From: an uncultured Rhodospirillaceae bacterium
Lineage (GTDB): Bacteria > Pseudomonadota > Alphaproteobacteria > UBA8366 > GCA-2717185
Assembly: GCA_913044215.1 (NCBI GenBank)
Contig: CAJWOT010000002.1
Location: 1-49,688, forward strand
DNA length: 49,688 nt
Direction: 5' to 3'
Positions 21,313 to 29,794 of this stretch are shown piece after piece. How positions within the stretch are numbered: position 1 is the stretch's first letter; every line of letters starts with the position of its first letter. The notes under the pieces are model-generated. The model was given only the letters and a program-made list of their open reading frames with translations, made no database searches and had not been told where the DNA came from. Position numbers and translations under genes: made by a program.

Positions 21313-21927
21313 GCGAGGCTTCTGCCCCGCGTACCGTTGTTTTCGACCTCGGCGGCGTGCTATTCGACTGGAATCCGCGCCACCTGTAACCCAAAATGTT
21401 CGACGATGAAGCCGAAATGGAACGGTTTCTTCGCGAAATTTGCAGCAATGCGTGGAACCTCCAGATGGATCGCGGGATGCCATTCGAAGAGGGCGTCGCG
21501 ACATTGTCGCAGAAACACCCCGATATGGCCCCTTACATCGAGGCTTTCTGGATTCGCTGGGAGGAGAAGATCGAGGGCCCGATCGACGGCACCGTGGAAA
21601 TCCTGAGGCGGTTGCAAGCGAGAGGCGTTCCGCTATATGCGCTGAGCAACTGGTCCGCCCAGACCTGGCCAATTCGCCCGCGACCGGTTTACGTTTCTCG
21701 AACTGTTCAAAGGGCTGGTCATTTCCGGCTTTGAGGGCACGATGAAACCGGAAGAAAAAATCTTCCGCATTCTTCTGGAACGCCACGACATCGACCCGGC
21801 GGCCGCCGTCTTCGTCGATGATCGGGTAGAGAACGTTGCGGTCGCGGAACGGCTTGGAATTCGCGGCGTTCATTTTACCGGCCCGGCCGAACTTTCTGCC
21901 AACCTGTCGCGTATGGGCCTGCTCTGA
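21309..21927 (+). pseudogene. HAD-superfamily hydrolase (subfamily IA) disrupted by an in-frame TAA and a 1-nt frameshift
   Basis: A GTG at 21309 overlaps the COG0523 stop. HAD motif I is VVFDLGGVLFDWNPRHL, then TAA at 21387-21389 where a Tyr codon is expected. The same frame continues as PKMFDDEAEMERFL...YALSNWSAQTWPI. Frame +1 then resumes at about 21675 as ARDRFTFLELFKGLVISGFEGTMKPEEKIF...VFVDD. Confidence 0.8.
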
Positions 21928-21957
21928 ACCGTTGCGTCAACCGCGGTTAACGGGAAG

Positions 21958-21986
21958 TTGACAGGGTTCCGGCAAGTGCGGATACT
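21958..21986 (+). promoter_or_regulatory. Candidate sigma70-type promoter upstream of argD
   Basis: TTGACA (21958-21963), a 17-nt spacer and GATACT (21981-21986) lie 55 nt upstream of the argD ATG. This is a pattern match only. Confidence 0.35.
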
Positions 21987-22040
21987 CCGCGCCTTTCGCA
22001 ACGGAAACGCCGATTACAGGCATATTTGGGAGGCTCTGCG

Positions 22041-23219
22041 ATGTCCGCAGTCATGTCGACATATGGTCGTTACGATCTGGAGTTCGAAAGAGGCGAAGGC
22101 CCCTATCTCTACACGACCGACGGACGACGATTCCTCGATTTTGCGGCCGGCATTGCCGTCAATTCACTGGGCCATTCCCACCCGCATCTGGTGAAGACGT
22201 TGCAGGATCAGGCGGCCAAACTGTGGCATGTCTCGAACCTCTACAATATTCCCGACCAAACCCGATTGGCCGACCGGCTGGCGGAAGCGACATTCGCCGA
22301 CAAGGTGTTCTTCTGCAGCACAGGGTTGGAAGCGATGGAAGGCGCGATCAAACTGTGCCGCCGCTATCATTTCGCCAATGGCGCACCGGAGCGCTGGCGC
22401 GTCGTGACGGTCGAAGGAGCATTCCATGGCCGTTCGTTGGCGACCATCGCCGCGGCCAAGAACGAGAAGCATCTGGAGGGCTTCGGCCCGCCGTCGGACG
22501 GTTTCGATCAAGTACCCTTCAACAATCTGAACGAACTGCGCAACGCCATCGGGCCAGAAACCGCAGCGATCGCGTTTGAGCCTATCCAGGGCGAAGGCGG
22601 TATCCGCCCGGCGGACCTGGATTATCTGCGCAGCCTGCGGGAAATCGCCGACGAGTTCGGTGTGCTTCTATTGTTCGACGAGGTGCAGTGCGGCTATGGA
22701 AGGACCGGCAAACTCTTCGCCCATGAATGGGCCGGCATTACGCCCGATGTCATGGCGATCGCGAAGGGTCTCGGCAGCGGCTTCCCGATCGGTGCCGTCA
22801 TGGCAACCGAAGAGGCGGCGAAGGGCATGGTACCCGGGACCCATGGAAGCACCTTCGGCGGCAACCCACTCGCCGTCTCCGTCGGCAATGCCGTGCTCGA
22901 TGTGTTGCTCGAAGACGGTTTCCTGGATGGCGTCGAAAAGAAGGGCAAAATTTTGTGGGATCGCTTGAGCGAGGTCGTGAGCCGCTATCCGGAGGTCTAT
23001 AAGTCGGTCCGCGGTGCCGGTCTCATGGTCGGCATCAAGTGCGTCGTCCCGGCGGGCGACGTTGTCGTCGCATTCCAGAAAGAAGGGATGCTGACTGTCC
23101 CAGCCGGCGAGAATGTGGCGCGTCTGTTGCCCCCGTTGAACATCGAAGAAAGCCATATCGACGAAGCGATCAAAATCGTTGACCGGGTCGGAAAAAACTG
23201 GACCGCGGGCGATGGCTGA
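22041..23219 (+). CDS. argD: Acetylornithine aminotransferase (class III PLP aminotransferase)
   Basis: [48 protein letters not shown]..., [12 protein letters not shown] and the PLP-Lys context IAKGLG are present. GGGAGG lies upstream of the ATG at 22041. Confidence 0.9.
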   Translation: MSAVMSTYGRYDLEFERGEGPYLYTTDGRRFLDFAAGIAVNSLGHSHPHLVKTLQDQAAKLWHVSNLYNIPDQTRLADRLAEATFADKVFFCSTGLEAMEGAIKLCRRYHFANGAPERWRVVTVEGAFHGRSLATIAAAKNEKHLEGFGPPSDGFDQVPFNNLNELRNAIGPETAAIAFEPIQGEGGIRPADLDYLRSLREIADEFGVLLLFDEVQCGYGRTGKLFAHEWAGITPDVMAIAKGLGSGFPIGAVMATEEAAKGMVPGTHGSTFGGNPLAVSVGNAVLDVLLEDGFLDGVEKKGKILWDRLSEVVSRYPEVYKSVRGAGLMVGIKCVVPAGDVVVAFQKEGMLTVPAGENVARLLPPLNIEESHIDEAIKIVDRVGKNWTAGDG

Positions 23220-24117
23220 GCCGAAGCACTTCCTCGATATCGAGCCCTTCGATGAGGACACGCTGCGGGACATGTTCGCCCTCAGCAGGGGGTTCAAGGA
23301 CGGCACGGCCGCGAATATGCGGCCCCTGGAAGGAAAGTTCCTGGCGCTGGTGTTCGAGAAGCCGTCGACCCGCACACGGATCAGCTTCGATGTCGGCATG
23401 CGGCAGTTGGGCGGCGAAACGGTTCATCTGACCCACAGTGACGCGCAGCTTGGGCAAGGCGAAACGGTGGCCGATACGGCACGCGTCCTTTCGCGCTTTG
23501 TTGATATCATCATGATGCGGACGACCTCGCCCGATAAGCTGCACGAGATGGCGGAATACGCCTCGGTGCCGGTGATCAACGGCCTGACCGACGACACCCA
23601 CCCGTGCCAGCTGATGGCGGATGTCATGACCTTTGAAGAGCACCGCGGACCAATCCGCGACCGCGTGGTCGCCTGGAGCGGTGACGGCAACAACATGGCG
23701 CTGAGCTGGATCCAAGCCGCGGTTCGCTTCCATTTCGAGCTGCGTCTTGCTTGTCCGCCCGAATTGTCTCCGGATCCCGAGACCCTTGCCTGGGCGAAAA
23801 AGCAGGGAGCGCGTGTCGAGCTGACGACGGACCCGCACGCGGCGGTCGAAGGTGCGGACTGCGTTGTCACCGATACCTGGGTGTCGATGAACGATTCCAA
23901 AAGCGAATCCCGCCACAATCTGCTGCGCGCCTACCAGGTCGATGACAAGCTGATGGCGGAGGCGAAGCCGGACGCGATCTTCATGCACTGTTTGCCCGCC
24001 CATCGCGGCGAAGAGGTAACGGAGAGCGTGATCGACGGGCCGCAGTCGGTGGTCTGGGACGAGGCGGAAAACCGCCTGCATGCCCAGAAGGGCATCCTCG
24101 CCTGGTGTCTTTCGTGA
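23212..24117 (+). CDS. argF: Ornithine carbamoyltransferase
   Basis: The carbamoyl-phosphate motif [12 protein letters not shown] is present, with HPCQ and HCLPA motifs. The ATG at 23212 overlaps the argD stop. Confidence 0.93.
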   Translation: MAEPKHFLDIEPFDEDTLRDMFALSRGFKDGTAANMRPLEGKFLALVFEKPSTRTRISFDVGMRQLGGETVHLTHSDAQLGQGETVADTARVLSRFVDIIMMRTTSPDKLHEMAEYASVPVINGLTDDTHPCQLMADVMTFEEHRGPIRDRVVAWSGDGNNMALSWIQAAVRFHFELRLACPPELSPDPETLAWAKKQGARVELTTDPHAAVEGADCVVTDTWVSMNDSKSESRHNLLRAYQVDDKLMAEAKPDAIFMHCLPAHRGEEVTESVIDGPQSVVWDEAENRLHAQKGILAWCLS

Positions 24118-25016
24118 CAGAGGCGACGCTGCCCGAGGGCGCCGACGATTTCATACGGCCGTTCATGATCGATGCGAATGGGCTGCACGGCCGGCTTGTC
24201 CGGCTGGGTCCGGCATTGGATACGCCCTTGTCCGCACACGACTACCCGCAAGCCGTGGCCGAGCTTCTCGGTGAATCCTTGGCGTTGGTTTCAGGCTTGT
24301 CCGCGGGGTTGAAATTCGACGGGGTCTTCAGCCTTCAGGCGCGCGGCGACGGACCGGTTAAAATGCTGGTCGCCGATGTCACGACGGACGGCGCCATTCG
24401 CGGCTTCGCCGACGTGCGCGACCCAATCCCGGAAGATTCGGCCGATGCGCCCGTACCGCGGCTGATCGGCGCCGGCCGTCTCGCCTTTACGGTGGATCAA
24501 GGCCCGGATACCGAGCAACACCAGGGCATTGTCGACCTGCAAGGCGCCAGCCTGGCGGATTGCGTCCACCATTACTTCCAGCAGTCGAGCCAATACACCG
24601 CTGCGGTCAAGCTCGCCTGCCGCCACGATAGTAAGAATGGCTGGCGCGGCGGCGCACTGGTGTTGCAGCGCCTGCCGGAGGACGAAAAACCCTTCGAACG
24701 GGAGCGGTTGGAAGAAGGATGGCGCAAGGCGTTGGCGATGATGGGAAGCTGTACGCCAGAAGAGCTCTGCGATATCGGTCTCGATGCGGACGCGCTGCTT
24801 TTTCGCCTGTTTCATGAGGACGGTGTGCGTGTCTTCCCGGAGCGGCCACTTCGGTTCTCCTGCAAATGTTCGCCCGCCCGGATGCAGGCAGCGGTCTCCA
24901 TGTTGAGTCCGGAAGAGCGCGAAGAGATGACGATCGATGGAAAAATTATCGTCACCTGCCAATTTTGCAATGCGGAGCAGAGTTTCGACCCGGCTGCCCT
25001 GTCACCACCGACTTGA
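24105..25016 (+). CDS. hslO: Hsp33-family redox-regulated chaperone
   Basis: The C-terminal zinc centre is CxC ... CxxC (FSCKCS ... VTCQFCN). The argD-argF-hslO synteny is conserved. The GTG start at 24105 overlaps the argF stop. Confidence 0.85.
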   Translation: MSFVTEATLPEGADDFIRPFMIDANGLHGRLVRLGPALDTPLSAHDYPQAVAELLGESLALVSGLSAGLKFDGVFSLQARGDGPVKMLVADVTTDGAIRGFADVRDPIPEDSADAPVPRLIGAGRLAFTVDQGPDTEQHQGIVDLQGASLADCVHHYFQQSSQYTAAVKLACRHDSKNGWRGGALVLQRLPEDEKPFERERLEEGWRKALAMMGSCTPEELCDIGLDADALLFRLFHEDGVRVFPERPLRFSCKCSPARMQAAVSMLSPEEREEMTIDGKIIVTCQFCNAEQSFDPAALSPPT

Positions 25017-25080
25017 AGCGGCATTGCCGCCCCCGCATATTGCAGGGGCGCACTACAACTGAACTACAGAGGAATTGTTC

Positions 25081-25668
25081 ATGCGGCTCAACTCGTTCCG
25101 GACCGCTTGCGTCGTTGCATTGTTCACGTTGACCGCCTGCGTGACCGCCGGACCGCAGCCGTCTTATCCGGAGATCACATTCTCGCACCTGCCGCCCATT
25201 GAACTGAAGGTCGCGGAGATCGTTTACGAACCGCGTTACCAACCGCCCATCGCCGCGCCGAACATCGGGCACGAATTTCCGACACCGCCCGCGAAGGCGG
25301 TGGAACGCTGGATTTCCGACCGGCTGAAAGCGGTCGGGACGGTCGGGCAGGCGAAGATCGTGATCCGGCGCGCGACCGGGACCGAGACCAAATTGAAGGT
25401 GACGAAAGGGTTGACCGGCGCCTTCACCACGGACCAGGACTGGCGCTATGATGCGCATGTCGAAGTGGCGATCGAAGCCGTGGATCCCAATCGAAAAATC
25501 ACCGCGCAGGCCAGCGCGGCAGCGCAGCAAAGCCGCACAATGCCGGAAGATGCGAGCCTATCCGAGCGGGAAGATATCTGGTTCGCGCTGACCGAGACCG
25601 TCATGCGTAAATTCGACACGGCGTTTGAAGCCCAGATTCGCAAGGATCTCGCGAAACTCATAAAATGA
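25081..25668 (+). CDS. Hypothetical lipoprotein
   Basis: MRLNSFRTACVVALFTLTAC carries a lipobox (LTAC). AGAGGA lies upstream of the ATG at 25081. I recognise no domain. Confidence 0.6.
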   Translation: MRLNSFRTACVVALFTLTACVTAGPQPSYPEITFSHLPPIELKVAEIVYEPRYQPPIAAPNIGHEFPTPPAKAVERWISDRLKAVGTVGQAKIVIRRATGTETKLKVTKGLTGAFTTDQDWRYDAHVEVAIEAVDPNRKITAQASAAAQQSRTMPEDASLSEREDIWFALTETVMRKFDTAFEAQIRKDLAKLIK

Positions 25669-25700
25669 CGCCGAAGAATTCGGCGACAGGAGGCAAGACC

Positions 25701-26021
25701 ATGACAGTGCAGGCCGATATCGAACAGAAGCTCGCGGAAACGCTTACGCCCGCCCATCTGGAAGTCATCAACGAAAGCCACATGCACAACGTGCCGCCCG
25801 GCTCGGAATCGCATTTCAAGGTCGTCATCGTGACCGACGCCTTCGACGGCGTCTCGCGGGTTCGCCGCCATCAACAGGTGAACGGGATCCTCGCCAAGGA
25901 GCTGAAGGAAGATATTCACGCGCTCTCCATGCAAACCATGACACCCGACGAATGGACGGCCCGCGGCGGCCAGGTCATGGCGTCACCGGAATGCCTGGGT
26001 GGCAGCAAGCACGACAAATAG
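25701..26021 (+). CDS. BolA-family protein
   Basis: The BolA core is LEVINESHMHNVPPGSESHFKVVIVTDAFDGVSRVRRHQQVNGIL...IHALSMQTMTPDEW, from the ATG at 25701. Confidence 0.85.
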   Translation: MTVQADIEQKLAETLTPAHLEVINESHMHNVPPGSESHFKVVIVTDAFDGVSRVRRHQQVNGILAKELKEDIHALSMQTMTPDEWTARGGQVMASPECLGGSKHDK

Positions 26022-26050
26022 ACATTTCCCGGTAACGGTAACACACGCAT

Positions 26051-26078
26051 TGGCGCGCGCGGCGCGCCATCTTTTATT
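26051..26078 (+). terminator. Rho-independent terminator downstream of the bolA-like gene
   Basis: A GC-rich hairpin (TGGCGCGC-GCG-GCGCGCCA, 26051-26069) is followed by TCTTTTATT. Confidence 0.7.
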
Positions 26079-26093
26079 CAGGGAGGACTCAAT

Positions 26094-26726
26094 ATGACCA
26101 TCGACTTGTACACCTGGGCCACGCCGAACGGCCGCAAAGCGTCCGTGATGCTCGAGGAGGTCGGCCTCCCCTATACGGAACATGCGATCAACATCAGCAA
26201 GGGCGACCAATTCGAGCCGGAGTTCCTGAAAATTTCACCGAACAACAGGATCCCCGCCATCGTCGATCCCGACGGACCGGACGGCAGCCCGATATCGGTT
26301 TTCGAGACCGGCGCGATCCTGATCTATCTCGGTGAAAAGACAGGCAAGTTCATTCCGACCGATGCGCGCAAGCGAGTCGCCGCCATGGAATGGCTGATGT
26401 GGCAGATGGGCGGCTTCGGTCCGATGCTGGGACAGGCTCACCATTTTCTCGGCCTCGACACCGAGGTGCCTTATGGCAGCGAACGCTATGTCAAGGAATC
26501 GCACCGGCTCTATGGCGTGATGGACCGGCGTCTGGCGGACAATGAGTATCTTGCCGGGGACGAATACTCGATCGCCGACATCGCCTGCTATCCGTGGGCG
26601 CACCGCCATCCGCGGCACAAGGTCGATATTTCGCAGTTCGAGAACGTGCAGCGCTGGTATGACGCGATTGGCGTGCGGCCAGCCGTGCAAAAAGGCATGC
26701 CGACCCTCGGCGGCATCAATATGTAA
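26094..26726 (+). CDS. Glutathione S-transferase (Nu-class/YfcG-like)
   Basis: MTIDLYTWATPNGRKASVMLEEVGLPY...ISPNNRIPAIVD...VFETGAILIYLGEKTGKF resembles the YfcG/YghU-type N-terminal thioredoxin fold. Confidence 0.85.
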   Translation: MTIDLYTWATPNGRKASVMLEEVGLPYTEHAINISKGDQFEPEFLKISPNNRIPAIVDPDGPDGSPISVFETGAILIYLGEKTGKFIPTDARKRVAAMEWLMWQMGGFGPMLGQAHHFLGLDTEVPYGSERYVKESHRLYGVMDRRLADNEYLAGDEYSIADIACYPWAHRHPRHKVDISQFENVQRWYDAIGVRPAVQKGMPTLGGINM

Positions 26727-26740
26727 CCGAGGGAGTCACT

Positions 26741-27526
26741 ATGCGTTACGCACGGTTCGAAAAGGACGGCACGATCGCTTGCGGCATTGTCGAGGGCGAT
26801 ATCATCAAGGTCATTGCAGGCGAAATCCTCGACGGCGGGGCACCGACCGGGGAAACCCATGCGCTGGACAGCGTCCAACTGCTGCCACCGATTATTCCGG
26901 AAACCTTTTATGCCGCCGGCTTGAACTATGTTGCCCACATTAAGGAACAGGCGGAGTCGCGGGGGGCGAAACCGAACATTCCGGAAAAACCGGACATCGG
27001 CTATCGCGCCAACAATGCGCTGATCGGCCATAACGAAACCATTGTCATTCCGAAAGACGCCACAGACTTGGTGGAATACGAAGCGGAGTTGGTGGTGGTG
27101 ATCGGCAAACAGGCGAAGTACCTGTCGGAAGCGAACGCGCTGTCCTGCGTCTTCGGCTACACCATCGGCAACGATGTCAGCGAGCGGACCTGGCAACGGG
27201 GCGACCGCACCTTTTGGCGCGGCAAGAACGCCGACACGTTCAAGCCGATGGGCCCCTGGATCGAAACCGACCTCGACCTGGACAGTCTCGAGACAACGGT
27301 GCGGCTGAATGGTGAAGAGACGATCCGGTTCGAGACCAACAACATGCTGTTCGGGGTCGAACGCTATATCAGCGCCATGTCGCAATATCTTACGCTCTAT
27401 CCCGGCGACGTGATCTGGATGGGCACCGAGGGCAAGTCGCCGCAGATGAAGCATGGCGACGTGTGCGAGATCGATATCACCGGCATCGGTACCCTGCGCA
27501 ATCCTGTCGTGCGAGAGGGCCACTAG
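26741..27526 (+). CDS. Fumarylacetoacetate hydrolase (FAH) family protein
   Basis: The FAH-fold core is NYVAHIKE..., EAELVVVIGK and GYTIGNDVSERTWQ. It is 261 aa and probably co-transcribed with the GST gene (14-nt gap). Confidence 0.85.
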   Translation: MRYARFEKDGTIACGIVEGDIIKVIAGEILDGGAPTGETHALDSVQLLPPIIPETFYAAGLNYVAHIKEQAESRGAKPNIPEKPDIGYRANNALIGHNETIVIPKDATDLVEYEAELVVVIGKQAKYLSEANALSCVFGYTIGNDVSERTWQRGDRTFWRGKNADTFKPMGPWIETDLDLDSLETTVRLNGEETIRFETNNMLFGVERYISAMSQYLTLYPGDVIWMGTEGKSPQMKHGDVCEIDITGIGTLRNPVVREGH

Positions 27527-27753
27527 GCAGCAAATTCTTCTGACTCCGGAGGAATCGCGGCCGCCGAATCGTCGGTCGGTTCGGGAGTCACCGTCAATAA
27601 GGCGACGCCGCCGGGCGCGTGAGCCTTGTACCACTGTCCCCGGGGCACGATCGCAATAATTCCGGCGTGCAATTCCAGAACGCGCTTCTCGCCCGCGGCA
27701 AGGATCGTCAGCCGCACGCTCCCTTCGAGCACCTGAACGAATTGATCGCCCAC
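27523..27753 (-). CDS. Cupin-domain fragment (76 aa, probably an N-terminally truncated remnant)
   Basis: GDQFVQVLEGSVRLTI...IVPRGQWYKAHAPGGVALLTVTP matches only the C-terminal two thirds of a small cupin. The start is GTG with no clear SD. Upstream in the same frame there is a TAG after 3 codons, and only 27 codons separate it from the GntR stop. Confidence 0.4.
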   Translation of the reverse strand: MGDQFVQVLEGSVRLTILAAGEKRVLELHAGIIAIVPRGQWYKAHAPGGVALLTVTPEPTDDSAAAIPPESEEFAA

Positions 27754-27834
27754 AAAACACTTCTACGGCAAACCGCCATTCGAGAATCGTTCGATACGAT
27801 CGTTCGAGCCTTTTCCCGACCCGGTCCGTCCTAA

Positions 27835-28512
27835 TTATCGCGGAGGCGTATCCAAGGTCGCGCGGGTAAAGGTTTCGATGTAATCGAGCAGCCGGTCGGA
27901 CGCCGCGCATGCGCGAATCCGGTCCCCATCGCCGATAGCCCGAGCTACTTCCGCGTGAAGCCGTGCGCAGAGGGGTAGGTCCGCCACCTCTTGATAGTGG
28001 ATGAACCAGAACCGCCGCGACAGGGGCTGCATCAATTGCATCGCCTTGGCCGCAAATCCGTTGCGCGCCGCATCCACCGAGAGATCGTTCAACTCCCGGT
28101 CCAGCCGCAGGAAGGATCGGTCGTCATCGGTTTCCGCGGCATGCGCCATTTCGCGAGCAATGCCTTGAAATCGCTCTCGTTCAGCCTCGGTCGCCCGCTC
28201 CGCGGCATTTCCCGCGATAAGCCGCTCGACCTCCCGGCGCACTTCCAGGAGCTGCAATTGCGCCCGGATATCGATTTCCGAAATCAAGATTCCCCGGCGC
28301 GGCAGAACCACAACCAACCCCGCATGCGCCAGACGTTGCAGCGCTTCGCGGATCGGCGTACGGCCGATGCCGACATGTTCGCTCAATTGCGCTTCCGAGA
28401 CGATGCTGCCGGGTTTGAGCCGCAGCATCACGATTTCCTCTTCGATCCGTTCATAGGCCAAATCGGTAAGCGAGGCATATACTTCGGTATCGTTGGCGGA
28501 GGCGATCGCCAT
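27835..28512 (-). CDS. GntR-family transcriptional regulator (FadR/FCD subfamily)
   Basis: The winged HTH is LKPGSIVSEAQLSEHVGIGRTPIREALQRLAHAGLVVVLPRRG, followed by an all-helical FCD-like C-terminal domain. The ATG is at 28510-28512. Confidence 0.88.
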   Translation of the reverse strand: MAIASANDTEVYASLTDLAYERIEEEIVMLRLKPGSIVSEAQLSEHVGIGRTPIREALQRLAHAGLVVVLPRRGILISEIDIRAQLQLLEVRREVERLIAGNAAERATEAERERFQGIAREMAHAAETDDDRSFLRLDRELNDLSVDAARNGFAAKAMQLMQPLSRRFWFIHYQEVADLPLCARLHAEVARAIGDGDRIRACAASDRLLDYIETFTRATLDTPPR

Positions 28513-28530
28513 GGGTGTGTCCTTGTCGCT

Positions 28531-28542
28531 CTGATATATCAG
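28531..28542. promoter_or_regulatory. Perfect 12-bp palindrome CTGATATATCAG, candidate GntR operator
   Basis: It is the only strong palindrome in the 106-bp divergent GntR/PhyH intergenic region. It lies 19 nt from the GntR start codon. Confidence 0.4.
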
Positions 28543-28618
28543 CAATATAGTTCAGGGATTATCGCCGCGAAAGCGCCGACAGGTTAAACGCCGACGTCAC
28601 GACCGAGGAACGACCATC

Positions 28619-29560
28619 ATGTATCCCGAACGCGTCCAGGACCATGCTCCGAAAATTCTGACCCAGATGCAACGGGACTTCTATTTCGAGAACGGCTATG
28701 TGATGCTCGAGTCCGTCGTGCCGATGGAAACCATCGAGCGGCTTCGCGCACTGACCGACGCGATGGTGGATCGCAGCCGATCGGTCGTCACATCCGACGC
28801 AATTTTCGATCTCGAGCCTGCCCACAACGCCGACACCCCACGCTTGCGCCGCCTGTCGTCGCCCGTCGCACAGGATCCGCTTTACTGGGAGTTCGCCTCT
28901 GAGTCGGTGATCGCCGACATCGCGGCCGATCTGGTCGGCCCGGACGTCAAATTCCATCACTCCAAGCTCAACTTCAAATGGGCCGAAGGGGGCGAGGAAG
29001 TGAAGTGGCATCAGGACATCCAGTCCTGGGCGCACACCAATTACAGCCCGCTGACCATCGGCACGTATCTGTACGATGTCGGCCCTGAGCAAGGACCGCT
29101 GGGCGTCATTCCCGGCAGTCACAAAGGCCCCCTGTTCAGCCAGTACAACGACAAGGACCAATGGACCGGCGATATTACCGACCGGGATTTGGAGACGGTG
29201 GCACTCGACACGGCGGAATATCTGATGGGACCGGCCGGATCGGTCACGGTGCACAATTGCTGCACCATCCATGGGTCGAAACCGAATCTGTCGGATCGGG
29301 GCCGGCCGTTGCTGCTCAACGTCTACTCGGCAGCCGACGCCTTCACCTACATGCCCAACCCCTTAAATACCGAGTTCGCCGGCGCCATCGTGCGCGGCAA
29401 CGCGGTCCGCGAAGCCTTCATCGACCCGCGTCCCTGCGTCATGTCGCCGGATTGGTCGAAAGGCTACACCTCGCTCTTCGCCTTGCAGCAAAAGGAAGAA
29501 TGGGGCGAGGATCAGATGGACCGGGTCGAACGGCAGCACCGCGAGACGGTCAGCGGCTGA
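28619..29560 (+). CDS. Phytanoyl-CoA dioxygenase (PhyH) family Fe(II)/2-oxoglutarate-dependent oxygenase
   Basis: FYFENGYVMLESVV is a PhyH-type N-terminus. The HxD facial-triad context is VKWHQDIQSW, and the distal His is in VHNCCTIHGSKPN. Confidence 0.8.
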   Translation: MYPERVQDHAPKILTQMQRDFYFENGYVMLESVVPMETIERLRALTDAMVDRSRSVVTSDAIFDLEPAHNADTPRLRRLSSPVAQDPLYWEFASESVIADIAADLVGPDVKFHHSKLNFKWAEGGEEVKWHQDIQSWAHTNYSPLTIGTYLYDVGPEQGPLGVIPGSHKGPLFSQYNDKDQWTGDITDRDLETVALDTAEYLMGPAGSVTVHNCCTIHGSKPNLSDRGRPLLLNVYSAADAFTYMPNPLNTEFAGAIVRGNAVREAFIDPRPCVMSPDWSKGYTSLFALQQKEEWGEDQMDRVERQHRETVSG

Positions 29561-29590
29561 CAGCCCTCACCGCGGCGACTGCCAATCTGG

Positions 29591-29779
29591 CTAGCCGCAG
29601 CGCCGACAGCGAACCTTCGCGAAGATTTCGTCCCAGTCGCCATCGGTTGCCGCGTAATCCAGCAGACAGCGCAAGGCTTTCGACTCATCCGGCAGCTTGT
29701 AGCGTTCGGCAATCGTCTTCAGCATCTCATGCGCATCCGGATGGACCTCGTAGCCCATCTTGACCTTTGCACCCGCCAT
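29591..29779 (-). CDS. Hypothetical 62-aa protein, last gene of the TRAP operon (possible ribbon-helix-helix-like fold, C-terminal CxxC)
   Basis: A strong SD (GGGAGG) lies 8 nt before the ATG at 29777-29779, and the gene starts 15 nt after the dctM stop. Third-codon positions are G/C-rich. The sequence is MAGAKVKMGYEVHPDAHEMLKTIAERYKLPDESKALRCLLDYAATDGDWDEIFAKVRCRRCG. I recognise no family. Confidence 0.55.
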   Translation of the reverse strand: MAGAKVKMGYEVHPDAHEMLKTIAERYKLPDESKALRCLLDYAATDGDWDEIFAKVRCRRCG

Positions 29780-29794
29780 GTGAGCCGCCTCCCG

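Noticed and set aside
25028-25050. A hairpin (CGCCCCCGC-ATATT-GCAGGGGCG) after hslO, considered as a terminator.
   Set aside because: The stem has one mismatch and is not followed by a T-tract. It may still pause or stabilise transcripts, but I would not call it a rho-independent terminator.
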